Positions 51,442-64,000 of a stretch of 64,000 nt of DNA are shown piece by piece (the first letter of the stretch is position 1; each line of letters begins with the position of its first letter). Below the pieces are notes generated by a model. It saw nothing but the letters and a program-made list of their open reading frames with translations, was not told where the DNA came from and did no database searches. The translations under genes were made by a program, and so were the position numbers. Origin of the DNA: Octopus sinensis (Eukaryota); the NCBI RefSeq assembly GCF_006345805.1, contig NC_043020.1, positions 7,006,001 to 7,070,000 on the forward strand. Reading direction: 5' to 3'.

Positions 51442-52335
51442 TTTTAACCTCTCATCAACTGACACGAAACCACCTCCCTTAATACTACTCTCCCAAGTTG
51501 AGGGGACTTTCTTTTGTCTTGCAAGTTCCTTGGTGAACCCGTCAGTGGTGGTAACATGAAAAAAAGTACCAAGTACCCTCTGTAAAGTAATTGGTGTTAG
51601 GAAGGATCACCAGCTGTAGAAACCATGCCAAAACAGACAAAAGAGAGCTTGGCATGGCCCTGTGGTTTGCCAGCTTTTTTACGCCAGCCAACCTGAGCCA
51701 GCATGGAAGACGGACATTAGGTGATGATGATGATGATAATACATATATGTATATAAAGGTCTTCTACTATAGCCCCAGGCCAACCAAAAGCCTTGTGAGT
51801 AGATCTGGTAGACAGAAACTGAAAGAAGCCTGTTCGTGTGTGTGAGTCCTTCACCACTGTTTGACAACTGGCGTTGGTGTGTTCATATCTCCCCACCCCC
51901 ACCTTTCTGGTTCGGTTAAAGAGACCAACAGAATACGTACAGGTGTCAATTCATTCGACTGAAATTCTTCAAGACAGTGCCCCAGCATGGCCACAATCTG
52001 ACTGGCAGAAACAAGTAAAAGATGCACCCACACACACATATAACAGAGAAAGGGAGAGGTCATTTGTATTGTGGCTATAAACGAACATTTTTCCAAGTCG
52101 ATCGGATATGAGTCAGATGGGTGAACAGGATCCGGTGGACGAGAGGACCACATCACACCACACTCCAGTGTCATAATTTTTTTCTCATGGTCTCTACCAC
52201 TGAATGTCCTTCCTAACACGAACCACTTCACAGAACACTTCCACCTCGGAAGTCACAGGTTAGCCTCACATATCTATCTGACAACAAAACAATGCATTCA
52301 CACACACACACACAGACAGACACACACACACAGAT

Positions 52336-52915
52336 AGTTAAGTTAAGTAAATTCTTTGGCTCAAAAAGCAAAAAGCAAGGCCATGTAGGGGGACATGGAG
52401 TTATGTACAGGGGTGTTCATGCAAAGAGTTCAGGCCATTTCTGGTCAAGAGAGACTTTGAACCGAGGGGTTGTCGGCATCTTCACTATCTCGTCCGGCAG
52501 CTTATTCCACGGATCCGCAACCCGGACGGAGAAAGCCCCTCTCATTCGACTGAGATGAAATCGTCGCAGATAGAGCTTCTTGGAATGACCCTGCAGCCGA
52601 CACTCTGGAGCAGGAGTGAAGAACAGCTCTTTCGAGAGGTTACACTTTCTGCTTATGATGTTGTGAGCAAGAATGAGATCAGCACGGCGGCGGCGTTTTT
52701 CTAGAGAATAAAGGTCGAGCGTCTTCAGCCTTTCTTCATAAGACAAATGCTTGAGACCAAGAACCATGTGGGTAGCCAGCTTCTGGACTCTTTCGAGATG
52801 ATGTATGTCTTTGAGGAGATAAGGAGAAGAGGCTTGAATCCCGTACTCCAATATGGGTCTCACCAGCATGACATAGAGCGGTAGGAATATGGCTGCTGTG
52901 AGCAGATATTCTTGT
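52336..52915 (-). mobile_element. CR1-clade LINE 3' end
   Basis: LVRPILEYG...LERVQK.AT..V.GLKHLSYEERLK.L.LYSLE.RR.RADLI...GHSKKL...FS.RV...WNKLP, followed by a short 3' UTR and a ttaac repeat tail. Confidence 0.9.
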
Positions 52916-53686
52916 AATGACCAGAAAAAAGTTAACCAAATTGTAATATTGTAGTGGCAAGAGTACAACACCCACAGAAGAGAATAGACGGAACCCCTAC
53001 ATATAAATAGTTGCGGTTTTGATGTAGTTGGCAGTTCGTAGTTTGGTCTTCGTAGTTCCAGGTACAGTTTACAGTTTCTCAGAAATATGGATTGTTGGTT
53101 TGTTACATGATTATTACTGCCACTGTTTCTCAGTCGTTGACAATATCAACCGTTCTGCAATATTTGGGGGTGTAATTTGTTTGACTAAAAGGCGATATTC
53201 CAGCATGGCCACAGTCAAATGACTGAAAATTAAAAGAATATAAAAAAAAAAAGAATATGATGGGTTTCTTTCAGTTCCTGTGTACCAAATCCAGTCACAA
53301 GGCTTTGGTTGGCATGAGGATATAGTGGAAGACACTTGCCCAAGGTGCCACGCAGTGGGACTGAACCCGGAACCATGTAGTTGGGAAGCAAGCTTCTATC
53401 CACACAGCCATGCCAGTGCATAAATAAGCAAATAAAACTGTGAAGGTTTTTTATCGCTAATTGAATGGAGCCAAGTCCCAGATCGAAAGAGGAGGTAGAA
53501 ACGAGAGTATGTGACCTTCATACCTTTCTCAAAGACATTACAGAATAATTAGAAGCATCTGTAAAGAATTACAAGGAAGTTAAATGTCATTAAAGACAAC
53601 ACAAAAACCAGGTCACATTTTAACAGAACAGAGACGAGGCAGAACTCGGATGCTTCAAACACACAGCGTGTATGTATATGTATATA

Positions 53687-53724
<38 letters not shown>

Positions 53725-53968
53725 TATGTGTATGTGTCTAGATGTGTATCTGTGTGTATTTGTATGCAAATGTTTGAAAAGGTATGTGTGTCTGGATATG
53801 TATGTATATATTCATTAGTGTTTGTAAAGGTGTGTGTGTGTGTGTGTATGTGTGCATTAATTGACGGTATGTGTATGCTTGTGTCTGCATGAATGTGTGT
53901 GTGTGCGTATGTATGTTTGTAAATATATATGATTGTCTCTGAATGTTTGGATACATAGGTGTTTGTGT

Positions 53969-54005
<37 letters not shown>

Positions 54006-54068
54006 TATATTTTTTTATTTATTTATTTATAATATATATGTGTGTGTTTGGATGTTTATGTGTGTGTG

Positions 54069-54111
<43 letters not shown>

Positions 54112-54486
54112 TGTATGTACATACATGTGTGTGTGTGTGTGCAGGTAGATGGCTGTGTGTGGCCTCATCCAACAAATTTCTCGTCAAGTGTTACAAAGAC
54201 AATATAGCTGTATTCCAAAATAAATACGCCCAACCCCCATCAGCCTTCCATCCTTGCCTCCCACTTACCAACACTGTGCTTTTTTTTTTCCTTAATATAG
54301 GAACCGTGTTAGCAGATTTAAGTAGCTTATCTTTATTATAATGCTTGCCTCTTGCCATTCAAAGACACACAAACACACAGATACAAAGACACACACATAC
54401 AGACAGACAAAACCACGCTGGCACCAAATTGTCAAGAGAATTTAAGAATTATGGTAGTAGATATATATATATATGTGTGTGTGTAA

Positions 54487-54537
<51 letters not shown>

Positions 54538-55304
54538 TATACAATATACACACACATACATAAACATATATATACACACATATACACATGCACACAAACA
54601 TACGTACACACATGCATGTATATGTATGTATATATATATATGTATATACATACACACATAGATACATGCAAACTCATATATATACACACACACACACACA
54701 CACGCACACACAACCCATACACATACATACCCATACACACACACACCTATACACAAGCACACAAACACACACATGCATGTATATATATATATACACACAC
54801 CCACACACACATAGATACATGCAAACTCATATATATATATATACACACACACACAACCCATGCACATACATACCCATACACACACCCATATATATTTCAT
54901 ACCTTGTAGATATCAACATCAAAGATATTCGGAAAGAACAACTTCAGAACGAAAACGAGTCTTCAGGTCAAATCCTGGCAGAAATAAAAGACATTTCGGT
55001 GGAGGGAAAATACCAGAAAATTCTACAGGAACAATATTATTAATTAACTGTTTTATCTAACGATATAATCTCTAAATTACCAACACACACGCAAAAACAT
55101 TAATTATCAATTATCGTTTGGTTTTTTTGTGGTTCATCGAAAAATAAAGGGTAAGTTTGGTGTAGAGGATATTTCATTTCATTCCATGGCTGTGTGGTTC
55201 AGAAGCTAGCTTGCTTCCTTCCAAGCCATGTGGTCTCAGGTTCAGTCCTACTGCACAGCACTTTGAGCGAGTGGGTTCTTAGATAGCCCTGTGATGACTA
55301 AAGC

Positions 55305-55715
55305 ATTACTCTTTACTCTTTTACTTGTTTCAGTCATTTGACTGCGGCCATGCTGGAGCACCGCCTTTAGTCGAGCAATTCGACCCTGGGACTTATTCTT
55401 TTGTAAGCCCAGTACTTATTCTATCGGTCTCTTTTGCCGAACCGCTAAGTAACGGGGACATAAACACACCAGCATCGGTTGTCAAGCAATGCTAGGGGGA
55501 CAAACACAGACACACAAACACACACATGCATATATATATATACATATATACGACGGGCTTCTTTCAGTTTCCATCTACCAAATCCACTCACAAGGCTTTG
55601 GTCGGCCCGAGGCTATAGTAGAAGACACTTGCCAAAAGCCACCACGCAGTGGGACTGAACCCGGAACCATGTGGTTGGTTAGCAAGCTACTTACCACACA
55701 GCCACTCCTGCGCCT
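55305..55715 (-). mobile_element. SINE family A, full length
   Basis: Reverse complement of the consensus. Similar copies at 46905-47270, 53130-53420, 57995-58393, 59119-59500 (+), 59720-60052 and 61870-62228. Confidence 0.88.
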
Positions 55716-55796
55716 ATTTGTGAATAGATTTCATATGGATTCCACGGTTGAATACCTTCCCAAACAACAACTGCTTCAGAGGGGAAGGGGAGCTTT

Positions 55797-55851
<55 letters not shown>

Positions 55852-55859
55852 TACCCTAC

Positions 55860-56490
55860 TTGGAAACAGATGAGGGTTGGAGACAGGAAGGGCTTCCAGC
55901 TGTAGAAAATCTGTTTCAACAAATTCTGTCCAACCCATGCAAGTGTGGACAAGTGGACACTAGAACCATGACGATGATGATGATGAGAGTCATCATCATC
56001 ATCATCATCGTTTAACGTCCGCTTTCCATGCTAGCATGGGTTGGACGGTTCGACCGGGGTCTGGGAAGCGTGAAGGCTGCACCAGGCTCCAGTCTGATCT
56101 CGCAGTGTTTCTACAGCTGGATGCTCTTCCTAACGCCAACCACTCCATGAGTGTAGCAGGTGCTTTTTACGTGCCACCGGCACAGGTGCCAGGGGAGTCT
56201 GGCAGCAGCCACAATCGGTTGGTGCTTTTTACGTGCCACCGGTACGGAAGCCAGTCAAGGCGGCGCTGGCATCGGCCACGTTCGGATGGTGCTTTTTACG
56301 TGCCACAGGAGGCTGGCAGCAGCCACAATCAGTTGGTGCTTTTTACATGCACAGGGGAGTCTGGTAGTGGCCATGATCGGTTGGTGATTTTTATGTGCCA
56401 CCGGCACGGAAGCCAGTCAAGGCAGCGCTGGCATCGGCCACGTTCGGGTGGTACTTTTTACGTGCCACCAGCACAGAAGCCAGTCAAGGC
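55860..56490. mobile_element. Two RTE 3' ends joined tail-to-tail
   Basis: The + copy ends gatgatgatgag at about 55988. The minus copy begins tcatcatcatcgtttaacgtcc at about 55990. Confidence 0.78.
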
Positions 56491-57169
56491 GGCATTCTTC
56501 ATATTGTATTGATAGTTGTAAGCGAGTGTCACCATCATACAAGCAGTGTTGTTCATTTCCGGTATTCTACTGGAAGGTGTCACGCTATAGGGGAAATATT
56601 AGCTAGCGTGGAAACGGGCAAGGGTTGGTGACAGGGAAGGCATCCATCTGCAGACTGCAGAAAACCTGCCTCAACAAATTCCCACAAAAACCAAGCAAGC
56701 ATGGAGAAGTAAATATCAAAATGATTATGATGATGTGGCCTACTTAAGCAGAGCAGGCCTGGGGCTAAACAGAAAAAAATAATTAAAAAAGATCTACTGC
56801 TAATGATACTTAACCTCAACACCATCACCATGGCACTGACACAACATGACCATTATGCTGCCACCCATACCACCCACCACTATCATATCATTATACTACT
56901 ACAAGTGCTATACCACTAAACAGGTACCACCACCACCACCACTATAGAATAGGCGATATGAATCACCATCTTATTTTAGAAGTCTTTGAACAAGATAAAC
57001 TTGTCAGCTCCCGTGTGTGTCTATGTATACACTCAGTGTGTGTGTGTATGTATATATATATATACACATGTATATAGGGTGTGAGGAGATGGTATATAGA
57101 AAGTTTATATTTATTTCATGTTTACTAATCCTTGCAAAGCAGGTATTGGTGGTGGGTAGAAAGGAGGGG

Positions 57170-57680
57170 ATGTGGACCAGTGTAGTGGTGGTGGTAGTGA
57201 TGATGGCAGCAGTGGTGGTGGTGGTGGTGGTGGTGGTAGTGATGACAATGATGGCAGCGGTGGTGGTGGTGGTAGTGATGACAATGATGGCAGCGGTGGT
57301 GGTGGTGGTAGACAATGATGGCAGCGGTGGTGGTGGTGGTAGTGATGACAATGATGGCAGCGGTGGTGGTGATGACGATGATGGCAGCGGTGGTGGTGAT
57401 GACGATGATGGCAGCGGTGGTGGTGGTGGTGGTAGTGATGAAGATGATGGCAGCGGTGGTGGTGGTGGTAGTGATGACGATGATGGCAGTGGTGGTGGTG
57501 GTGTGATGATGATGATGATGATGATGATGATGGCAGCGGTGGTGGTGGTGGTGGTAGTGATGACGATGATGGCAGCGGTGGTGGTGGTAGTGATGACGAT
57601 GGCAGTGGTGGTGGTGGTGGTGGTGGTGGTAGTGATGACGATGATGGCAGTGGTGGTGGTGGTGGTGGCTATGCTGATTG
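57170..57680. repeat. (GGT/GAT)n compound trinucleotide minisatellite
   Basis: Directly visible; source of the poly-T/V/D/G pseudo-ORFs. Confidence 0.93.
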
Positions 57681-59071
57681 TGTAACACACGAGTAATGGT
57701 TAAAGTTGCAGCTGATGGATGGCAAGGATCTTTTGATGGATGTTTACAGAAGATAGCAGTGGTGGTAGTCATGGCGGAAGCAGGTATAAACGATGAGATG
57801 ATGGAGGTAGTGATGCTGGTAGTTATAAATGGTGGTGGTGGTTGATGGTTGAGGTGGTAGTGTTTAATGCTGATGGAGGTAGTTATAGATGCGTATCCAA
57901 CAAATTGGTCTACAATTCATCTACCTTCAGTAATCCCGCCATATTGTGGTTTATTCTTTAAGTTTACGTCGATTCCTCCATGGCATTGTTTTGCATTTAT
58001 ACTCTTTTACTTGTTTCAGTCATTTGACTGCGGCCGTGCTGGAGCACCACCTTTAGTCGAGCAAATCGACCCCGGGACTTATCCTTTTTGTAAGCCCAGT
58101 ACTTATTCTATTGGCGTCTTTTGCCGAACCGCTAAGCAACGGGGACATAAACACACCAGCATCGGTTGTCAAGCAATACTAGGGGGACAAACACAGACAC
58201 ACAAACACACACACGCATATATACATATATACGACGGGCTTCTTTCAGTTTCCGTCTACCAAATCCACTCAAGGCATTGGTCGGCCCGAGGCTGTAGTAG
58301 AAGACAGTTGCCCAAGATGCCACGCAGTGGGACTGAACCCGGAACTATGTGGTTGGTCAGCAAGCTACTTACCACACGTCCACTCCTGTGCCTATAATAA
58401 AATAAATATATACAAACTATAAAAATAATGCAGAAAAAATTATGGGTTCAGCTCCACAGAGTGGCACCTTGGGCAAGGGTCTTCTACTATAGCCTTGTGA
58501 ATGGATCTGGTAGGCGGAAACTTAAAGAAGCCCATAGTATATATGTATATGTTTGTGTGTGTATGTACGTGTATGTTTGTGTCTGGTGGTGGTGGTAGTG
58601 GCATTAGTTTATGTCACTACTGAAGGTAGTGGAGTGTGTTACAGCTAGTGGTGGTGGTTTCAGCAGTATTGGTCGACTATAGTTACCCAATATGTTCTTC
58701 AATGATCTTAAAGACAAAAAGAAGATTTGGCTGCTATTTCCAGCAGATTTCAAGACCACACAGAAGTCAATGGTAGTGGTGGTCATGGTGGCAGTGATGA
58801 CTGTGGTGGGTGTAGTGATGAGGGCAGTGGTATTTCCAGCTAATTTCTGGGTTAATTCCTTCAGTTTGTACTGCTTTACTCCTCTCAGATTCTATAAACG
58901 GTTTTCTCAACAATTACTAACTTCCTACTCACATTCCCTGTATGTATATGTATATATATATATATATTATAATATATATATATATATACACACACACAAC
59001 ACACACACACACACATATAATATATATAATATATATATATATAATACACACAACACACACACACACATATA

Positions 59072-59109
<38 letters not shown>

Positions 59110-61029
59110 TATATATATAGGCGCAGGAGTGGCTGTGTGGTAAGTAGCTTGCTTACCAACCACATGGTTCCAGGTTCAGTCCCACTGCATGGCATCTTGG
59201 GCAAGTGTCTTCTGCTATAGCCCCGGGCCGACCAAAGCCTTGTGAGTGGATTTGGTAGACAGAAACTGAAAGAAGCCTGTCGTATATATGTATGTGTGTG
59301 TGTGTGTATATGTTTGTCCCCCTAGCGTTGCTTGACAACCGATGCTGGTGTTTATGTCCCCATCACTTAGCGGTTCAGCAAAAAGAGACCAATAGAATAA
59401 GTACTGGGCTTACAAAGAATAAGTCCCGGGGTCGATCTGCTCAATTAAAGGTGGTGCTCCAGCATGGCCGCAGTCAAATGACTGAAACAAGTAAAAGAAA
59501 GAAATATACATACATGCCCTTCCTAATGCCAACCACTCCGAGAGTGTAGCGGGTGCTTTTACGTGCCACCGGCACGAGGGCCGGCTGGGCACTACTGGCA
59601 AAGGCCATGCTAAATGGTGCTTTTTACATGCCACCTGCACAGGAGCCAGTCCAGCAGCACTGGCAATGACCTTGCTCAAATGTTTTATACACGTGCCACC
59701 AGCACATTACTATATATATATACTCTTTACTCTTTTACTCTTTCACTTTTTCAGTCATTTGACTGCTGCCATGCTGGAGCACCGCCTTTAGTCGAGCAAC
59801 TCGACCCCGGGACTTATTCTTTTTGTAAGCCCAGTACTTATTCTATCGGCCTCTTTTTGCCGAACCGCTAAGTGACGGGGACGTCGTAAACACACAGCAT
59901 CGGTTGTCAAGCAATGCTAGGGGAACAACACACGACACACAAAACACACACATACATATATACATATATACGACAGGCGTCTTTCAGTTTCCGTCTACCA
60001 AATCCACTCACAAAGGCATTGGTCGGCCCGGGGCTATAGCAGAAGACACTTGATATATATATATATATATATAGTAATGTCTTTTTTTTTGGAACTCGTC
60101 AACACAAAACAGATCAATCTGCTCACAATATTGAGTCACTCCGTCCATAAATATTTTGATTTTATTCTTAAACTAGCTTTGATAATAAGTTTAATATCCG
60201 CAATATCTCTGTACATAAGTATTTAATAGATCATGTGAGAAAACTTAGTCGTAACAGTGAATCACAAGATACACATGTGCACACACACACACACAAAGTG
60301 GTGCTTACAATATCCTGAGTACCACCACCACTACCACCACCACCAGTATCATAACACTTGTGACCACAACTAGCAACAATCAAACATCACCACACCTAAT
60401 AATGATATTTCCAGGCTCAAAGCTATACAACTTTGACAAACAGTGTGTCTACATATGTATGTACATGAGTCTATATATATATATAATAAAATATTAGGGA
60501 ATAAATCCAAACTTACAGGGGAAAATCAGATTTAGGATTGAATCCAATTTTATAGTAAAATATTATATTATATTAAATTAGAGATAAAACCACTATTAGG
60601 CAAATCAAACAATGAAAAACTTAAGGCAATACATAAAATTAATTAATTTATATTATTTTAAATATATATCAAAAGTATTAAAAGTTTAATAAAAGATAAT
60701 GATATATATATATGCACACATATCATTGCTATTATGTTAAACTGGTGTATGTCAAAAATTTGGTCAAATGCATTATTTTCAATATTTACTTTTGTTTGCA
60801 ATAGCCGGTTCTTTGGGTCAAACTATCGTATCTCCAGCTGCTTCAGATGCCAAGATATGAAAAATGGTCAAAGTGTGGTACAATGGTTTTGCTATGGAAT
60901 GGTGAAACTATTCTTTATGTTTTCTGAAAAAGCAACATTTTGGACTTACCACACTTTTGCATAATAGCAAAGATGTGTGTGTGTGTGTGTGTGTGTATCT
61001 TTTGTTTTTAATTGTTTAAATTCTCCCTC

Positions 61030-61865
61030 TGAAGGAGGAGCTGGTTTCAAACAAAGATACAGAGCTCCATCTTTGGAATGCAGATAACGCAAACAATGCC
61101 ACGTTTTTAAACCTGGGAAAAGTCTTGCAGAGTTTTACTGTTCCGCTTACCGACTGTATTTGTAATGTGTGATTCAGTTGATTTCTTTTTCTGAAAATCC
61201 AAGCTTATCTGGCAGTTAAGCTTTCACTTACAAAACCAAGAGCTCCAATTATTATTAGAATAAATGTAAATTCGTAATTTGGACATAAAAGCTGGAGGCT
61301 GCGAAGCAGTTGTCCATAATTATCTTCTTTCTCTTTGATTTTCAAGAGATATTCACATCAGCATGATGGCACATACTTTTTCTTGTCTGTCCAAAACAAC
61401 AATGTCTGGCCTGTTAACCTTAACCTTGACGGATGTTTCAATGAGAATGTTCCAACAGTATTCCTTGTACTGATATTTGTGTATGTATTCAATAACAGGG
61501 GGGGGGGGGACACTCTCTATATTCATTCCAGGACAGTCTTGATTCTGAATGGCATAATATATTGCCATTGAATATTGTTTTCAAGACATCTAGTCGCTTA
61601 GGGAAGCAGTATCCTGATGACATTTTGGGGCAGCTGCTACTCCCAGGTGTGAGGTTTTTCACAGAAATATGACAATTTCCATCTACAGTTGCTTCTTGGA
61701 ACTCCAATGGCAACACCGTTTCTTTTGTTGATTAGGTTTTTAATAGCAATCTCCTGTTCTTGGATTGCAAATGCATAGCCTTCAACGTGTGATGTGATGG
61801 TCACGAGTCCAAGAGAGGCTTCGCTTCATGTCAAAGTTACTATCTTCTTCAAGTCTACAGAAAAT
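61030..61865 (-). mobile_element. Degenerate 3' part of an RLE-type (R4/Dong/CRE-like) non-LTR retrotransposon
   Basis: SHVEGYAFAIQEQEI, a decayed CCHC knuckle (..SCPKMSS..), WNILIETSVKVKVNRPDIVVLDRQEK (PD-(D/E)xK nuclease), and IIIGALG...QIQSVSGTVKLCKTF. Confidence 0.8.
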
Positions 61866-62031
61866 ATGTTGCCTTGAAGGGTTTTCAGTCGAATAAATCG
61901 ACCCCAGAACTTATTTTTTAAGCCACTTACTTATTCTATTCCATTTTGCTGAACCGCTAAGTTATGGGGACATAAAGACGCTATCACTGGTCGTCAACCA
62001 GTGATGGTGGGGGACAAACACAGACACAAAG

Positions 62032-62067
<36 letters not shown>

Positions 62068-62916
62068 GACAGGCTTCTCTCAGTTCCCATCTACCAAATA
62101 CACTCACAAGGTTTTGGTCAGCCCAAAGCTATAGCAGAAGACTCGCCCAAAGAGCCATACAGTGGGACTGAACCTGGACCCATGTGGTTGGTAAGCAAGC
62201 TTCTTACAACACAGCCATGCCAGCGCCTATATATATATATTTATATCATCATCATCATCGTTTAACGTCCGTTTTCCGCGCTAGCACGGGTTGGACGGTT
62301 CGACCGGGGTCTGGGAAGCCAGGGGCTGCACCAGGCTCCAGTCTGATCTGGCAGAGTTTCTACAGCTGGATGCCCTTCCTAACGCCAACCACTCCGCGAG
62401 TGTAGTGGGTGCTTTTTACGTGCCACCTGCACAGGTGTCAGGGGGGTGCGGCATCAACCACCATCGGTTGGAGCTTTTAACATGCCACCGGCATGGAAGC
62501 CAGGAATAAATGTAAGTCAATATGATAAAATTCAAAGATGTTTTTTTTGCTCAATATTTAGCAAAACCATAGACATTTAAGTTATATGTTTTTTTTTATT
62601 AATATTTAGAAGAAGCAACAAAGTGAGTCAAGGGCCAAGCGCTCCATACTTAAGCACTTAGACTAATTTGATAAGTGCTAGCATAAAAAAAAACAAACTC
62701 TCAGCCCTTGAGTCACTCTGTCGCTTCTTCTAGATATTAAGATATATCTATATTCGTTTATTTGTTTCAGTCATTTGACTGCAGCCATGCAGGGGCACCA
62801 CCTTTAGTCAAACAGACCGACCTCCAGGACTTATTCATTGTAAACCTAGTACTTATTCTATCGGTCTCTTTTGCCAAACTACTAAGTTATGGGGACAAAC
62901 ACAGACATACAAACAT

Positions 62917-62957
<41 letters not shown>

Positions 62958-62984
62958 CAACAGCTTCTTTCAGTTTCTGTCTAA

Positions 62985-63445
62985 CGAAGACAGGTGGTGT
63001 ATACAAACAACAGATGTATTTGTATAACACTCAGGAATAGAAAAAGTCTTTTATGTTTCAAGCTTATGCTCTTCTACAGAAAGGGACACAGAAAAAACAA
63101 GGAGAGAAAAAAATGTGTGTAGTGGCTAACGATCTATCATGGCGTCTGACTTATCTACATTTGACGGATATTTGTCCTCATTTTGTTTGTTGTTAACACA
63201 TTTCACCTTATAAACCCTCCAACCTTCATCAGATGTCTTGGGGAAATTTTGAACCTGGGTTCTCATTCCTAAGGTATTTTTCAATATTATTATCATTATT
63301 ATTATTATTATTATTCAGGTCACGTCCTGGAATTGAACTCAAAATCTCCCCAAGACACTTGATGAAGGCTGGCAGGTATATCAGCTGAAACATTGTGTTA
63401 ACAACAAACAGGATGAGGACAAATATCCGTCAAATGTAAATAATA
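62985..63445. mobile_element. Penelope-like fragments, including an inverted pair with hammerhead-like cores
   Basis: Arms atttgacggatatttgtcctca...catcagatgtcttgggga (about 63158-63245) and tccccaagacacttgatgaagg...gaggacaaatatccgtcaaatgt (about 63345-63437). Confidence 0.6.
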
Positions 63446-63774
63446 TAAATAATGTACATAATTCCTCATCTCTTAAATATAGAAATGTATTATATATATA
63501 TATATTTTTTATTGTGTCTGGGGAGAGTCATTCTCCTTTAGTGCATTATTACTTAACACTTCCTGGTTCCAATGACTAAAAAGTTTAGTAAATGAGTGAA
63601 AATCAAACCAGTGAGTGTGTTAAATAATAAGGCATTAAAAGAGAATGACTCTCCCCAAACAATAAAATATGCTTCAACACCCAAATTCCCAAAAAGAATC
63701 TTGCAAACCAAACAGAAAACCAATATATATATATAGATATATATATATATATCTATATAATATATATATATATA

Positions 63775-64000
63775 TCATCATCATCATCGTTTAGCGTCCG
63801 CTTTCCATGCTAGCATGGGTTAGATGGTTCAACTGGGGTCTGGGAAGCCAGAAGGCTGCACCAGGCCCAGTCTGATCTGGCAATGTTTCTACGGCTGGAT
63901 GCCCTTCCTAACGCCAACCACTCCGTGAGTGTAGTGGGTGCTTTTACATGCCACCGGCACAGGTGCCAGATGAGGCTGGCAGACGGCCACGATCGGATGG
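63775..64000 (-). mobile_element. RTE LINE 3' end, running off the window
   Basis: atcatcatcgtttagcgtccgctttccatgctagc..., as at 38449 and 62245-62505. Confidence 0.85.

Noticed and set aside
57004-57772. Poly-Thr/Val/His and Gly-Asp ORFs resembling mucin or biomineral proteins
   Set aside because: Compound trinucleotide repeat open in several frames, intronic, with no coherent gene structure.

Overview
Eukaryotic, intron-dominated, repeat-saturated DNA. The SINE and microsatellite landscape suggests a coleoid cephalopod (Octopus-like); this is an inference, not verified. The only host gene I can support is on the minus strand: six in-frame coding exons (38187-38084, 20591-20489, 18386-18312, 3791-3705, 2814-2658, 574-526) of a PP2A regulatory B'' subunit (PPP2R3A/B, PR72/PR70 family). 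The gene runs off the left edge, and its upstream exons were not found. The introns hold a 5'-truncated RTE LINE (APE-RT with a PHD-like insert) whose 3' UTR is expanded into a higher-order tandem array. They also hold Tc1, CR1 and RLE-type LINE fragments, a non-autonomous Helitron, hAT-, piggyBac- and Tigger-like MITEs, more than 30 tRNA-derived SINE copies and several foldback elements. Almost all ORFs in the supplied track are microsatellite or repeat artefacts. The most interesting signal is a set of Penelope-like repeat fragments with minimal type I hammerhead-ribozyme topology, including a palindromic triple-core cassette at 33147-33327.
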